In this document: positions 62,932-64,000 of the stretch, one piece after another
How the letters are laid out: each line of letters opens with the position of its first letter
Position numbering within the stretch: position 1 is the stretch's first letter
DNA from: Squalus acanthias
Lineage: Eukaryota
Direction of reading: 5' to 3'
Assembly: GCA_030390025.1 (NCBI GenBank)
Contig: CM059432.1
Span: forward strand, 52,392,001-52,456,000
DNA: 64,000 nt
Position numbers and translations under genes: made by a program
Notes under the pieces: generated by a model
The model's database searches: none
What the model saw: the letters and a program-made list of their open reading frames with translations, nothing else
What the model was told of the DNA's origin: nothing

Positions 62932-64000
62932 CTCAATCATATCACCTCGAAGTCAAGAGTTTTCCAAAGTAAAAAGCCAAGCTCGCTTAGCCTATAGTGG
63001 CAACTGAGGGCCTTAAAACTAAGTAATAATCTAGTGGCCCTCCTCTGAACCATTAGGCAGGATGGCAGCCAAATTGTAGGGATTCAAAGAGGGAATTTTG
63101 GGAGAGGTGAGCACAGAGCTGAGTGGCAATAATGTGTTCAAGAACATTGGATAGGAAAGGAAGATTAGATATAGGATAGCAGTTTGAATGGATGGATGTG
63201 TTTGTGGGGCCTTTTGAGGTGGGAAGTAGTGGTAGTATTAACAGAGAGCAAAACATTGTGCAAGGGAATCATCAATGATGTTGACAAGCATTGGAGCAAG
63301 AAGAATGGTTGAGTATTCAGATGAGTCTCATGGAGGAATTGATCCCAATGGGGATGGAGGGAGGAGATGGGGGAAGAAAGTGATAATATTGAAAAATAAT
63401 ATAAATAAGACAAAAGATTTTCTGGAGAGTCTCGACAAGTATATAACTGAGAAGAAGCATAACTGACTTATTCAAGTCTAATATTAGCACAAGTGATTTG
63501 GACCAGCCAGCCATGCAGTTTACACTAGGAATTGTCATAGGCATAATTACCAACAAGATGGAACAAATATTTGGGTAAGACTAGTTGACATCACACCTGT
63601 GGGAGGATAAAAACCATAATAATATGGACAAACTAATATGGGGAGAGAAAGGACAGGTGCAGGCAGGGCAGTGCTTGCTAGCCCCTCCACACCTGTAATT
63701 TTTCAAAACTTGTTTTTCAAAATAGGTAAGAATCATTATTTTAAATGTTTTTGAGTCAGGGAACCTGTAGGAAGACCAAGTTGAGCAAAGGGACTTACAA
63801 CCTCAGTCACAAAATGATTTTGTTCAGTAATCTATTCATGCAAGAAATCCAATTTTGAAATTAATACACTTCACAATGTTGCCTTTGAATTTCACCACTT
63901 TTTGCCATTGTTCCCTCCACAGATTCTTCTTTAAAGTGTGTGTATTTACACTGCTCACTCGGGCAATGTATATCGTCATCCCTACACCTTTCAAACCATA

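Overview
Repeat-dominated eukaryotic DNA. The repeat set (CR1 and L2 LINEs, Penelope elements, DeuSINE-like and LF-SINE-like SINEs, Tx1 and Vingi remnants) suggests a vertebrate, most likely a cartilaginous fish (inference). No host protein-coding exon could be supported. The main feature is two closely related, full-length ~4.2 kb PIF/Harbinger DNA transposons (27849-32054, TSD TTT; 36506-40668, TSD CAG). Each has 12-bp TIRs, an intact 386-aa DDE transposase on the - strand and a convergent three-exon Myb/SANT-like partner gene. The Myb gene is intact in copy 2 (458 aa) and cut short by a poly-G expansion in copy 1. They lie among many older Harbinger remnants and MITEs, some nested. The window also has Penelope insertions carrying minimal type I hammerhead ribozymes, a 388-bp circularly permuted hammerhead unit with a 12-bp TSD (retrozyme-like), a Penelope insertion that captured local Harbinger Myb exon sequence in frame, two solo-LTR-like elements, and a LINE joined to a tRNA-like 5' head.
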